This document shows, piece by piece, positions 1-8,281 of a stretch of 50,115 nt of DNA (its first letter is position 1; every line of letters starts with the position of its first letter). A model generated the notes under the pieces. The model saw only the letters and a program-made list of their open reading frames with translations. It was not told where the DNA came from and searched no databases. Both the position numbers and the translations under genes were made by a program. This DNA comes from Phycisphaerales bacterium (lineage in GTDB: Bacteria > Planctomycetota > Phycisphaerae > Sedimentisphaerales > Anaerobacaceae), in the NCBI GenBank assembly GCA_011057845.1, contig DSDB01000614.1:1-50115 (forward strand), written 5' to 3'.

Positions 1-1
1 C

Positions 2-2533
2 GAGCAGGACTTGACGGCCGTCCTTGATAAGGAGCCGGACAACGCCCAGGCCTACTCCAGCCGGGGCGCCATGCGCGTCGAGCTGGGCAGATTCGATGCC
101 GCCATAGCGGACCTGGACCGGGCCATAGGACTCGATTCGGCCAATACGACAAATTTCATCAACCGCGCCAAGGCGTATCGTGCCACCCAGCGATGCCCCG
201 AGGCCATCGCCGACTGCAACGTCGTGCTCGCGGTTCGACCGGGGGCGGTGGAGGCCCTGCGGCAGCGTGGTCTGTGCTACGCGGAAGCCGGGCAATCCGA
301 GAACGCCATCGTGGACCTCTCGTCGGTGCTTGCGGCCGCTTCCACGGATGTCGAGTGTCTGCTGGCCAGAGCCACAGCCTACCAACAGCAGGAACAGTAC
401 GCTCCGGCCATCGAGGACTACACCCGGACCATCGAAACATCGCCCTCACCCGAGGCGTATCTGGGACGGGCCGTTTGTTTTGGGGCCACGGCTCAGTATG
501 CCCGGACCATTGAGGACTGTAATGCGGTCCTGGCCCAGCACGGCGATTCCATGGAAGCCTACCTCAATCGAGGACGCGCCCGTATGGCCCTGAAGCAGTA
601 TACCCCGGCATTGGCCGACTACACATGGATCATCGAGAAGCACCCCGATCATATCGAGTCCCGCGTCGCACGAGCTCATGCACTGGCGGCACTGGATAGA
701 ATCCAGGAGGCCACGGCCGATTGTAACGCGATTCTCGCCGGGGACCCCAACAACATCGAGGCCCTGGCCATGCGCGCCGACGCCTATGACATCGCCGGGG
801 ACTACGACAGCGCGATTGCCGATTACACCCGGATTCTTGAAATAGCCCCCGGCGATGCCCAGGCGTATGGCAAGCGGGCCATGTTGTATGTCAAGACCGA
901 GCGGCCCGAAGAAGCGATGAAGGATCTTGACAAGGCCATCGCCGTCAACGACCGCTATGCCTTGGCCTATGCCAACCGCGGCAACCTGCTGCTGATGCAG
1001 GGCAAGTACGATGAGGCGATCACCGACTACAATCGCGCGCTCCGCATAGACCGCAGCAGCACGCAGGCATACGTCAATCGGGGCATCGCCAATGCGAGAC
1101 TGGGGCGCTATGATCAGGCCGTCGAGGACTTCACCCAGGCCCTGCAACTGGAGCCGGAGGCCGTGGACCTCTACGTAAACCGCGCCGCGGCGCACAAGGC
1201 CCGAGGCGACTATAACGCCGCCGTTGCGGACTACAGCGAGGTCCTCAAGATCGCGCCGGACGATACGGAAGTCTATTACGCCCGCGGCAACATATACGCC
1301 CTTCAGGAGGCCTATGACAAGGCCATTGCCGATTTCGGCAAGACGCTGGAGTACGAGCCCAACAACATCGACGCCCTTATGAGCCGAGCCCTGGCGCACA
1401 GTTTGACGCAACACTATGGTGCCGCGGTGGCCGATTACTCCGCCGTGCTGTCGCAACAACCCTTGGCCGAGGCGTACTGGGGCCGGGCCGATGTGTATAA
1501 AGCCACGAACGATACGGCCAAGGCCATTGCGGATGTCGGGGAGGTGATTAGACTCCACCCGAATGAGCCGGTTGCGTATATGCGGCGGGCCCACATGCTC
1601 CGGGATACCGGTCAGTACGAGGCGCTGATTGCGGACTGCACAAAGGCCATTGAGTTGGATTCCGCTTTGCTTGAGGCCTACGAGATGCGGGCGGCTGCGT
1701 TGAGCCATGAGAAACGGTACAACGAGGCCATACTGGATTATGCCAAGATTCTCGAAGCCAGACCCGACGACCCCGTGACGCTGATCGAACGCGCTGCCGT
1801 TTACTCGGCCAAGGGCGAACACAACCGGGCCATTGCCGACTGCGACAATGTGCTGGGCAGGAACGCCGGCTCCACCCAGGCCTACCTGGTGCGCGGCGGA
1901 TCGTACCTGGCCCTGGAGCGGTACGCGGAGGCCCTGGCGGATTTCAACCGGGTCATCGAAGCCGGAACGGCCACGGCGGAGGTCTATAAACAGCGGGCCC
2001 TGGCGTCCGTCAAGACGGGCAACTTTGATCTGGCCGTCCGCGATTACAACCAGGCACTGCAGTTGGCGCCCAATGACGGCAGCATCTTTTTGAATCGGGG
2101 TCTGGCGCGGGCCGCGGCCGGCGAGTATGACGCGGCTATCGCCGATTTCAACAAGGCCGGCGAGTATGCTCCCGGGGACGCCAGAGTCTACTATAATCGG
2201 GGTACGGCCTATCTGTTTAAGTCCCGCAACGATCTGGCCATCCGGGATTTCGACAAGGCCATCGAGTTGAATCCCAAGGACGCCGAGTCGTACAGCAACC
2301 GCGGCTTGACCTACGCCCGGCTCGATCGCCACGACCTGGCCATCAAAGACTACACGCGAGTTATCGAACTGAGCCCCCAGGACCCCATCGCCTACAACAA
2401 CCGCGCGATCTCCTACTATAGTCTCCAGCAGTACGATCAGGCCTGGGCCGATGTCAAGAAGGCCGAGAGCCTCGGCCGCGTGCATCCCGGCCTGCTCAAG
2501 GCGCTTCAGAAAGCCACCGGCCGGACGCAGTAG
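2..2533 (+). CDS. TPR-repeat protein (about 24 tandem TPR units); 5' end probably lies outside the window
   Basis: ORF track 11..2533 (840 aa). The frame stays open back to nt 2. The translation is an almost uninterrupted array of 34-residue units (A-I-x-D-Y-x-x-A-L-x-L-x-P-x-x-A-x-A-Y-x-N-R-G type). Confidence 0.85.
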   Translation, partial: EQDLTAVLDKEPDNAQAYSSRGAMRVELGRFDAAIADLDRAIGLDSANTTNFINRAKAYRATQRCPEAIADCNVVLAVRPGAVEALRQRGLCYAEAGQSENAIVDLSSVLAAASTDVECLLARATAYQQQEQYAPAIEDYTRTIETSPSPEAYLGRAVCFGATAQYARTIEDCNAVLAQHGDSMEAYLNRGRARMALKQYTPALADYTWIIEKHPDHIESRVARAHALAALDRIQEATADCNAILAGDPNNIEALAMRADAYDIAGDYDSAIADYTRILEIAPGDAQAYGKRAMLYVKTERPEEAMKDLDKAIAVNDRYALAYANRGNLLLMQGKYDEAITDYNRALRIDRSSTQAYVNRGIANARLGRYDQAVEDFTQALQLEPEAVDLYVNRAAAHKARGDYNAAVADYSEVLKIAPDDTEVYYARGNIYALQEAYDKAIADFGKTLEYEPNNIDALMSRALAHSLTQHYGAAVADYSAVLSQQPLAEAYWGRADVYKATNDTAKAIADVGEVIRLHPNEPVAYMRRAHMLRDTGQYEALIADCTKAIELDSALLEAYEMRAAALSHEKRYNEAILDYAKILEARPDDPVTLIERAAVYSAKGEHNRAIADCDNVLGRNAGSTQAYLVRGGSYLALERYAEALADFNRVIEAGTATAEVYKQRALASVKTGNFDLAVRDYNQALQLAPNDGSIFLNRGLARAAAGEYDAAIADFNKAGEYAPGDARVYYNRGTAYLFKSRNDLAIRDFDKAIELNPKDAESYSNRGLTYARLDRHDLAIKDYTRVIELSPQDPIAYNNRAISYYSLQQYDQAWADVKKAESLGRVHPGLLKALQKATGRTQ

Positions 2534-2823
2534 GCCGTTCTGCTGTCTCTCCGAGGTCCCCATCGAGCAAGACGCCGGCACGAGGCAACCTAACGCCCGC
2601 CGTCTGTGGCGAGAATGTCGCGCGACCATTCGAACCCCTGCGAGTGGCCCGCCGTTCCTGAACAAATGCGCTGAGGGAGTTTTCCTGCGACAACGTGCTC
2701 GCAACGCAGGCATTATGGGCTCGTCCCATAAAAATTAAAGCTCACCACGGTTTCAAGCCGATGCATGGGTAATTCTGTCACGGCGTCAAGCCGGAGGACG
2801 ATTACCGGACTGGAAAAGATCGT

Positions 2824-4287
2824 ATGGTGGCAAAGCGAATCGTTGCCGTAAGCACGGACCCCGATACCCAGCGGTGTATCGGCCGCGCGTGCAATGAGTT
2901 GCTCGTCGCCGATGATCTCTCCGAAGGCCTCGATATTATCGGAACCGCATGTCCCGACTTGGTCGTCCTGGGTGGGAAGCACACGCCGACAGATGTGCGT
3001 GCATTGGTCGAGGGCATTGCACAGCGGGGCCTGAACATCCCCGTGGCCGTCGCGCACCATGAGAACCCCAATGCGGCGTCCGACACTTATATCGCGGCTG
3101 GAGCCTGGAATTGCCTCCCGGGAGCCGTCCTGGCCGAGTATCTACAGTCGGCGCGCAAAGACCCGCCCGCACCGATGCTGTCGCAGCCCATCCTGGATGG
3201 CATATCGCCTCATATCCATGACTCTGACAAACAATACTACGTCGATGCCTGTGCCGCCGTCGTAAACATGGTGGGAGTCAGCGAATCCATGATAGACACG
3301 GTGCGGCTGATCACACTGGTCGCGGAGAGCCGGTGCGACCCGATCCTGATCGTAGGCGAGACAGGCACGGGCAAGGAACTGGCCGCCAGGGCGGTGCATC
3401 ACCTGCGGCATCCTGCGGCTCCGTTCGTAGCCATCAACTGCGCCGCATTGACGGCAAGTTTGCTGGAAAGCGAACTGTTTGGACATGTCAAAGGGTCCTT
3501 CACCGGCGCCGACCGCGACAAGACCGGCCTGCTCGAACTGGCCGGTGACGGCAGCGTGTTCCTCGACGAGATCAGTGAAATGCCGCTCGATCTCCAGGCC
3601 AAACTCCTGCGCGTGCTGCAGGAGCGCGTGTTCCGAAAGGTCGGCGGGGTGGAAGGTATCGCGTGTCGCGCCACGATCATGGCGTCCAGCAACCGCAACC
3701 TGCTACAGGAATCGCTTGAAAACCGTTTTCGCCGAGATCTGTACTACCGCCTGAGCGTATGCCCGATAACCATGCCGTCCCTCAGCGATCCGACACGCCG
3801 CCGGGATATCGGGCTGCTGGCGGAGTATTTCCTGCGGACATCAACGATCCACCCGGGCAAGAGCAGCCGTATAAAATGCCTTACGAGACTGGCGGTCGAG
3901 GCCCTGGAGCGTCACTCATGGCCCGGAAACGTGAGGGAGCTGCGCAATGTCATCGAGCGCGCCATCCTCCACGAAACCACCGACAAGATCGGCCTCAGCA
4001 GCATTGAGGGCCATCTGGCCGAGTATGCCGCACTGTCCGCGGATGGGCCGGGCCTGCCAATTAGGGACTTCTCACTGGCCAAGGCCGAACGGGAGCTTAT
4101 CGGACGCGCGCTTCAGCAAACCGAAGGCCAGAAAAGCCGTGCCGCGGCCCTGCTGGGAATCAGCCGGGCCACGCTATATGACAAACTGCGGCTCTACGGT
4201 CTCGGACAATACAAAGGTGGCGGCCCAGCAGGCCAGAGCAACGCAGACCCATTGGATGCCGCCGAACGCATCGGCGCTTCCGCCTGA
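2824..4287 (+). CDS. sigma54-dependent transcriptional activator (bEBP, FleQ/FlrA-like architecture: degenerate REC + AAA+ + Fis-type HTH)
   Basis: Walker A GETGTGKE; GAFTGA-type loop [15 protein letters not shown]; LRVLQE motif; NVRELRN; C-terminal [19 protein letters not shown]. The N-terminal receiver-like fold has PDLVVLGG where the phospho-acceptor Asp is expected. Confidence 0.9.
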   Translation: MVAKRIVAVSTDPDTQRCIGRACNELLVADDLSEGLDIIGTACPDLVVLGGKHTPTDVRALVEGIAQRGLNIPVAVAHHENPNAASDTYIAAGAWNCLPGAVLAEYLQSARKDPPAPMLSQPILDGISPHIHDSDKQYYVDACAAVVNMVGVSESMIDTVRLITLVAESRCDPILIVGETGTGKELAARAVHHLRHPAAPFVAINCAALTASLLESELFGHVKGSFTGADRDKTGLLELAGDGSVFLDEISEMPLDLQAKLLRVLQERVFRKVGGVEGIACRATIMASSNRNLLQESLENRFRRDLYYRLSVCPITMPSLSDPTRRRDIGLLAEYFLRTSTIHPGKSSRIKCLTRLAVEALERHSWPGNVRELRNVIERAILHETTDKIGLSSIEGHLAEYAALSADGPGLPIRDFSLAKAERELIGRALQQTEGQKSRAAALLGISRATLYDKLRLYGLGQYKGGGPAGQSNADPLDAAERIGASA

Positions 4288-4384
4288 CCCCGCCTTTCGG
4301 CCCCTTTTACCCACACAACACCCACAGACAGGACCCTGCCCGGCATCAGACTTTAGCGAAAATCACAAAATTTCGAGAAAAGTG

Positions 4385-4411
4385 TAAAGTTCCCGATGGT
4401 TCGAGCGAAAA
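4385..4411 (+). promoter_or_regulatory. sigma28 (FliA)-type promoter candidate for the FlgM-like gene
   Basis: TAAAG (4385-4389), 16 nt, CGAAAA (4406-4411). This is the geometry of the enteric consensus TAAAGTTT-N11-GCCGATAA. The same spacing recurs upstream of fliC and fliD. Confidence 0.5.
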
Positions 4412-4447
4412 CAGGGATAGTTGGACAGCACACTGAAGACGCAAGCC

Positions 4448-4717
4448 ATGACCGATAAAATCGATACCAATCAAATACGCGGCATCGTCGAGCAGGCGAC
4501 CTATGAACACCCCGGTTGCCCGAAGGTGCCCGCAGTCGAACGAACGGATGCGTCATTGGACGTGGCGTATGCCGGTTTGATTGAGAAGGCAAGGGAAGCG
4601 GCCGAGACGGATGCCGCGGCCGTCCTCCGTGCCCGCCAATTACTCGCTACCGGCGGACTGGTCAGCCCCGAAAACGCCCTCGAAGCCGCCCGCAACATGA
4701 TAAGACTGGGAATCTAA
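4448..4717 (+). CDS. FlgM-like anti-sigma28 factor candidate (89 aa from ATG 4448; the track ORF starts at TTG 4421)
   Basis: Small size and a sigma28-type promoter. The C-terminal helix pattern ...DAAAVLRARQLLATGGLVSPENALEAARNMI resembles the FlgM C-terminal sigma28-binding region (V..lk.aI..G.y.vd.ekiA..mi). Confidence 0.5.
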   Translation: MTDKIDTNQIRGIVEQATYEHPGCPKVPAVERTDASLDVAYAGLIEKAREAAETDAAAVLRARQLLATGGLVSPENALEAARNMIRLGI

Positions 4718-4790
4718 GAGCGACAGGAAAACAAACGACCCAGGCCGGCCAGGGAAGGTCGAGACCAAGCCTCAATGGACTGCGAAAATC

Positions 4791-4836
4791 GGCGAGCAGT
4801 TGCGGCGTGACCCGCCGCGATGCGTCGCCGTTTTTC
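4791..4836. terminator. Hairpin terminator candidate between convergent genes (possibly bidirectional)
   Basis: Inner stem GCGGCG (4802-4807) / CGCCGC (4813-4818). Outer stem GGCGA (4791-4795) / TCGCC (4825-4829). TTTTT follows at 4831-4835 on the plus strand, and GATTTTCG follows the structure on the minus strand. Confidence 0.45.
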
Positions 4837-4856
4837 TATGCGGCCGGCCAAAGCCG

Positions 4857-5087
4857 TCATGCCCGTATGTCCACCTGGGGCAGGCCGCCGGATTGCCCGA
4901 GTCGCTCGCGGACTCGCGCACAGGCTGTATAGATCACGGGTCCGGACTCGTCGGAAACGGCAAAGCGCCCGGCATTGAGATCGCAGCGCGGGTCATCGTA
5001 CTCAAACCTGCGACCGATACGCGGAGGATCGGCGAGCCTGTTGATGGGAACCGAATGGACGACCGTGCATGGGATTCTCTTGACCAT
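4857..5087 (-). CDS. Small hypothetical protein (76 aa from ATG 5087)
   Basis: ORF track 4857..5108. The internal ATG at 5087 is preceded by GGGGGTG (RBS-like). G/C-rich third codon positions match the neighbouring genes. Contains R-I-G-R-R ... S-D-E-S-G, weakly PilZ-like. Confidence 0.35.
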   Translation of the reverse strand: MVKRIPCTVVHSVPINRLADPPRIGRRFEYDDPRCDLNAGRFAVSDESGPVIYTACARVRERLGQSGGLPQVDIRA

Positions 5088-5308
5088 GATATCACCCCCA
5101 ATCGCCATTATAATAGCAGATTGGGGCGGTCACGAGAAGTGGAATCCCGCTCTCCCGACGAGTCTGGAGGTCCTTTCCCCCATGAACAGCATGTCCGTCG
5201 CGGCAAAGCGAGGATTATGGGAACCTCGGGACGACACCTGCTTGCGCAGTCGAAAGAAAAAACGCCTCACCCCGCCGAGTATGGGCAGTGATTCGCAGCA
5301 GTTGACTC

Positions 5309-5710
5309 TTATCTCTGTACGGGTTTTGGCGCCGCCGCTTGGACTGGGGTGTTGGGATCAACGGGCGCGGGTTTCTCCGGGGGAATACCCAGGACCTGCT
5401 CGATGCGGGCAAAGCGTCTGGCCAGATCGACAAGAGCCCCGTCGATGGAATCCAGACGCTGCGCGATGGCCCGGATGTCCGTGTTAACCGTCAGGAGCGT
5501 CTTCTCGTTGAGATCCATGTAACGCTGCATCAGGTTCTCATAGGCGTCAATGGCCCGTGCCGCGTCCGTCCGATAAGCGGGCACCGTCACCTCCGGCCGT
5601 ACCTCGTAAACCGTCCGGTTTCGCCCCTCGCCGGTTCGCGGCAGCAACACGAGCACAAGACACAACAGAATCAGGGCAATACACACAACCTGGTATCTGC
5701 GGCTATTCAT
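5309..5710 (-). CDS. Membrane-anchored hypothetical protein (N-terminal TM helix, helical middle, Pro-rich tail)
   Basis: 133-aa ORF. Hydrophobic segment VVCIALILLCLVLVLL near the N-terminus. GGAG RBS 8 nt upstream of the ATG. Co-oriented downstream of fliC-fliS-GT41. Confidence 0.6.
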   Translation of the reverse strand: MNSRRYQVVCIALILLCLVLVLLPRTGEGRNRTVYEVRPEVTVPAYRTDAARAIDAYENLMQRYMDLNEKTLLTVNTDIRAIAQRLDSIDGALVDLARRFARIEQVLGIPPEKPAPVDPNTPVQAAAPKPVQR

Positions 5711-5840
5711 GAATTCATCTCCTAACCGACAACGGTGTTACCACATGTATATCGGCAAATTCCAGGTGGCGCTACGGAGTTTGCTCCATCAGGACAGGTC
5801 CTTACGTGCAGGCGTCTGCCGGGCGCCGCACCGTATTCGC

Positions 5841-7664
5841 TCAGAGCCGCATGTGTCGGTGCCCCGCACACCACTGCCGCCAGATATGCCGATAGGCCCC
5901 TTCCACCTGCCTGGCGAAGGCCCGCGCATGGCAGAGGCCGGACACCGCGATGCGCGCCCGCATGGATGACCTGATGCGGGCCAGGGCATCGATGTTCTGT
6001 GCAAGCGAGACAGCCTTGGCAATGTACTCCCGTGGCGTGGCGGCGGCGAAGAACTCCAGTTTCAGTCGCGTCAGGATACTCAGGCCCACCCGCGACAGAT
6101 GATGATCGACGCCGCTAAGTGTAATGACCGGCACGCCCATCCAGAGCGCCTCGCAGGTCGTCGTCGTTCCATTATAGGGGTATGTGTCCAGGGCAATGTC
6201 CACCTGATTGTAGGACGCAAGATGGTCCACCGGCGACCTCCAGCCGACGATACGAATCCGGTCCGCCGACAGTCCCTGTTGGATAAACGGTTCGGCGAAA
6301 TACTCGCGAACGGAAGGTTCATCCCCACCCTTGATCTTCAGCAGCAGGGATGACCCCGGCACATTGGCCAGAATCGCGGACCAGAGTTCGACCGTTCGCC
6401 GATTGATCTTGGCGCTGTTGTTAAACGACCCGAACGTGATTCGGCCGGTCGCCGCCGCCGACAGCGGCCCGACATCGGGGGCAAAGTCAGGCGGTCGGTA
6501 GCACAGAAAGCCGTCCGGGAGCATCAACAGCTGTTCGGTATAGTGGCACTGGAACCGCAGCAGGTCCGCCACCGGATCCGTCAGACGGTAGTCGATGGCC
6601 CTCATGCCGGTCGTGTCCGGATAGCCAAGGTAGGTCACCTGGATAGGGGCGGACCTGCGGGCCATGACAAGGAGCCGGTTGTCGCCGACATGACCGGCGA
6701 GGTCGACAAGGATATCGATCTGGTCGTCCTCAATGAGCCTTGCCGCGGCCGAGTCGTCGAGCCCGTAGATACTGCGATACCGGCAGAACTTGTCTTTGAG
6801 CCGATCGGTCACTTCATCCGGGCACTCGACGTTGGCGTAGCCGAATGTCTCAACCGCCTGCAAGTCGTGCCCATCCAGCAGCGACTCGAAGAAATAGGCC
6901 ACGGAGTTTCGGCGAAAATCGGGCGATAGGTAGCCCACGCGGAGCCTGCGGTCCGGATCCGGATCGTTGGGGTGGTCGGTCCTGACGGGTATTGTGGATG
7001 TGTGCCGCCTCGCCCATTCCAAGTGCTCGGTAAACAGCGGTTCCGGGGTGATGTCCGCCTGCTGGTGGAGTCGAAACAGCAGATTCGAGTGTGCGGCGGG
7101 GTGATTCGGCATCCTCTGGACGGCCGTGCGTAGCAGCAAGATTCCTTCATCGGTGCGTCCGGCCTCAAGCAGGGCCCGGGCCAGATTGGCCTGCAGCTCC
7201 GGGCTGTCCGGGCACAGATCGAGGGCCCGTCGCTGATATTCAATGCCTTCGAGAATCCGTCCGGTGTACTGACATATGGAACCGAGTGTGTTGTAGACGG
7301 CGGCGTCCGAGTGGTGCTCCAGAACCTGCCGACAACACCATTCGGCCTGTTCGAACGAACCTATGGACCGTAATGCCGTGATGACGCGGTGGATCAGCGG
7401 GCTCTGCCCTGGATCAGCGGCGAGGATCGGTCCCACCATAGCCAGGCAGGACCCGGACAGAAGCGCCGCCGCGGTCCCCATATCCCGGCGTTCGGCGGCT
7501 TCGCAGCCGCGGGCCAAGTCCAGACATGCAGCCGGGATGTCCAGCACCGTCGAACTCATAGGGGAGGAATACGCGACAGACAATCCGTCGGAAATGGAGG
7601 TGAGCCACTGCAAATAGGCTTGCCTGGAACAATTCGAATATCCATCTTCGAGTATATCGGCCAC
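5841..7664 (-). CDS. TPR + GT41 (SPINDLY/OGT-like) glycosyltransferase
   Basis: N-terminal TPRs. C-terminal half carries GT41 catalytic-domain hallmarks: RLRVGYLSPDFRRNSVAYFF, IDILVDLAGHVGDNRL, APIQVTYLGYPDTTGM, ITFGSFNNSAKI, LDTYPYNGTTTTCEALWMGVPVITL. Confidence 0.85.
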   Translation of the reverse strand: MADILEDGYSNCSRQAYLQWLTSISDGLSVAYSSPMSSTVLDIPAACLDLARGCEAAERRDMGTAAALLSGSCLAMVGPILAADPGQSPLIHRVITALRSIGSFEQAEWCCRQVLEHHSDAAVYNTLGSICQYTGRILEGIEYQRRALDLCPDSPELQANLARALLEAGRTDEGILLLRTAVQRMPNHPAAHSNLLFRLHQQADITPEPLFTEHLEWARRHTSTIPVRTDHPNDPDPDRRLRVGYLSPDFRRNSVAYFFESLLDGHDLQAVETFGYANVECPDEVTDRLKDKFCRYRSIYGLDDSAAARLIEDDQIDILVDLAGHVGDNRLLVMARRSAPIQVTYLGYPDTTGMRAIDYRLTDPVADLLRFQCHYTEQLLMLPDGFLCYRPPDFAPDVGPLSAAATGRITFGSFNNSAKINRRTVELWSAILANVPGSSLLLKIKGGDEPSVREYFAEPFIQQGLSADRIRIVGWRSPVDHLASYNQVDIALDTYPYNGTTTTCEALWMGVPVITLSGVDHHLSRVGLSILTRLKLEFFAAATPREYIAKAVSLAQNIDALARIRSSMRARIAVSGLCHARAFARQVEGAYRHIWRQWCAGHRHMRL

Positions 7665-7743
7665 ACAAAGCTCGGGCCGTTAATGCGGTTCCAACCCGCC
7701 CGGGAGCATCTTCATCGGGCCGGTTGTCCTGCACACGAGGCTC

Positions 7744-8103
7744 TCAGTCCGCGATGGCCCGCCAACCCTGGTTCAACTCCTCCAAAAGCGCTATGACTTC
7801 GCGAACCATCTTCGCATCCGCTTTCGTGTTCGCCTGTCCAAGGTGTGTACCCATAAAGACATAGAGCTTGCGGAGGTTCTCCGATATCTCCCCGCCGGCC
7901 TCCATGTCGAGACTCATGTTGAGTTCGTCGACGATATCCAAAGCCTTGTTGATGTAGTGGCCCTTGCCGGCGTAGTCATTTTCCTCGATGGCCTTTGCGG
8001 CCAGTTTCAGGAACTTGATGGCGCCGTCGTAGAGCATCACAATGATCCGTCCTCTGCTCTGTGTCGTAACGGCGGCCTGTCGGTATGCTGCGACTGCGTC
8101 CAT
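7744..8103 (-). CDS. fliS: Flagellin-specific export chaperone FliS
   Basis: 119 aa. AYRQAAVTTQSRGRIIVMLYDGAIKFL..A......D.......INKALDIV.EL..SLD and C-terminal V.ALLEEL..GW are typical FliS. It lies directly downstream of the flagellin gene. Confidence 0.9.
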   Translation of the reverse strand: MDAVAAYRQAAVTTQSRGRIIVMLYDGAIKFLKLAAKAIEENDYAGKGHYINKALDIVDELNMSLDMEAGGEISENLRKLYVFMGTHLGQANTKADAKMVREVIALLEELNQGWRAIAD

Positions 8104-8196
8104 ACAGATACTCCACGAAAGACCCGCAGGCCCGCCCCGATGGTTCGATGATACAGCGAACCGCAGGATCGTCCCCGCGGGGGAAAACCAACAGAA

Positions 8197-8234
8197 GGGG
8201 AGATGACGGCCGCATCTTCGGGCGTCATCTCCCC
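8197..8234 (-). terminator. Rho-independent terminator candidate after fliC
   Basis: 12-bp perfect stem GGGGAGATGACG (8197-8208) / CGTCATCTCCCC (8223-8234). On the minus strand it is followed by TTCTGTTGGTTTTCCCC. It begins about 48 nt after the fliC stop. Confidence 0.6.
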
Positions 8235-8281
8235 TTTGATAGCATCAGGAACTCGCTGAGCGAGTCATCGCCCGTTGCTTC

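Noticed and set aside
446-2713. 755-aa ORF on the minus strand opposite the TPR gene. Similar long antisense ORFs occur at 17161..18282, 18218..20059, 20673..21452, 23813..24691, 25115..26161, 26585..27736, 11707..12525, 12792..13577, 42238..43323, 44409..45194, 45360..46085, 47675..48490 and 49242..50066.
   Set aside because: These are shadow ORFs typical of high-GC DNA. Each lies fully opposite a gene with unmistakable family motifs. Their translations are Arg/Gly/Pro/Val-rich low-complexity sequence with no recognisable domain.
2713-2731. Inverted repeat TTATGGG-ctcgt-CCCATAA upstream of the sigma54 activator gene, considered as the terminator of the TPR gene.
   Set aside because: The stem is AT-rich and only 7 bp, and it is followed by AAAATTAAAG rather than a T-tract on the relevant strand. 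It might be an operator, but there is no supporting second copy or known motif.
2730-2765. TTAAAG ... GCCGATGC upstream of the activator gene, considered as a sigma28 promoter.
   Set aside because: The spacing is N18 rather than N16 and the -10 core is CGATGC. It does not match the geometry shared by the three good sigma28 sites.
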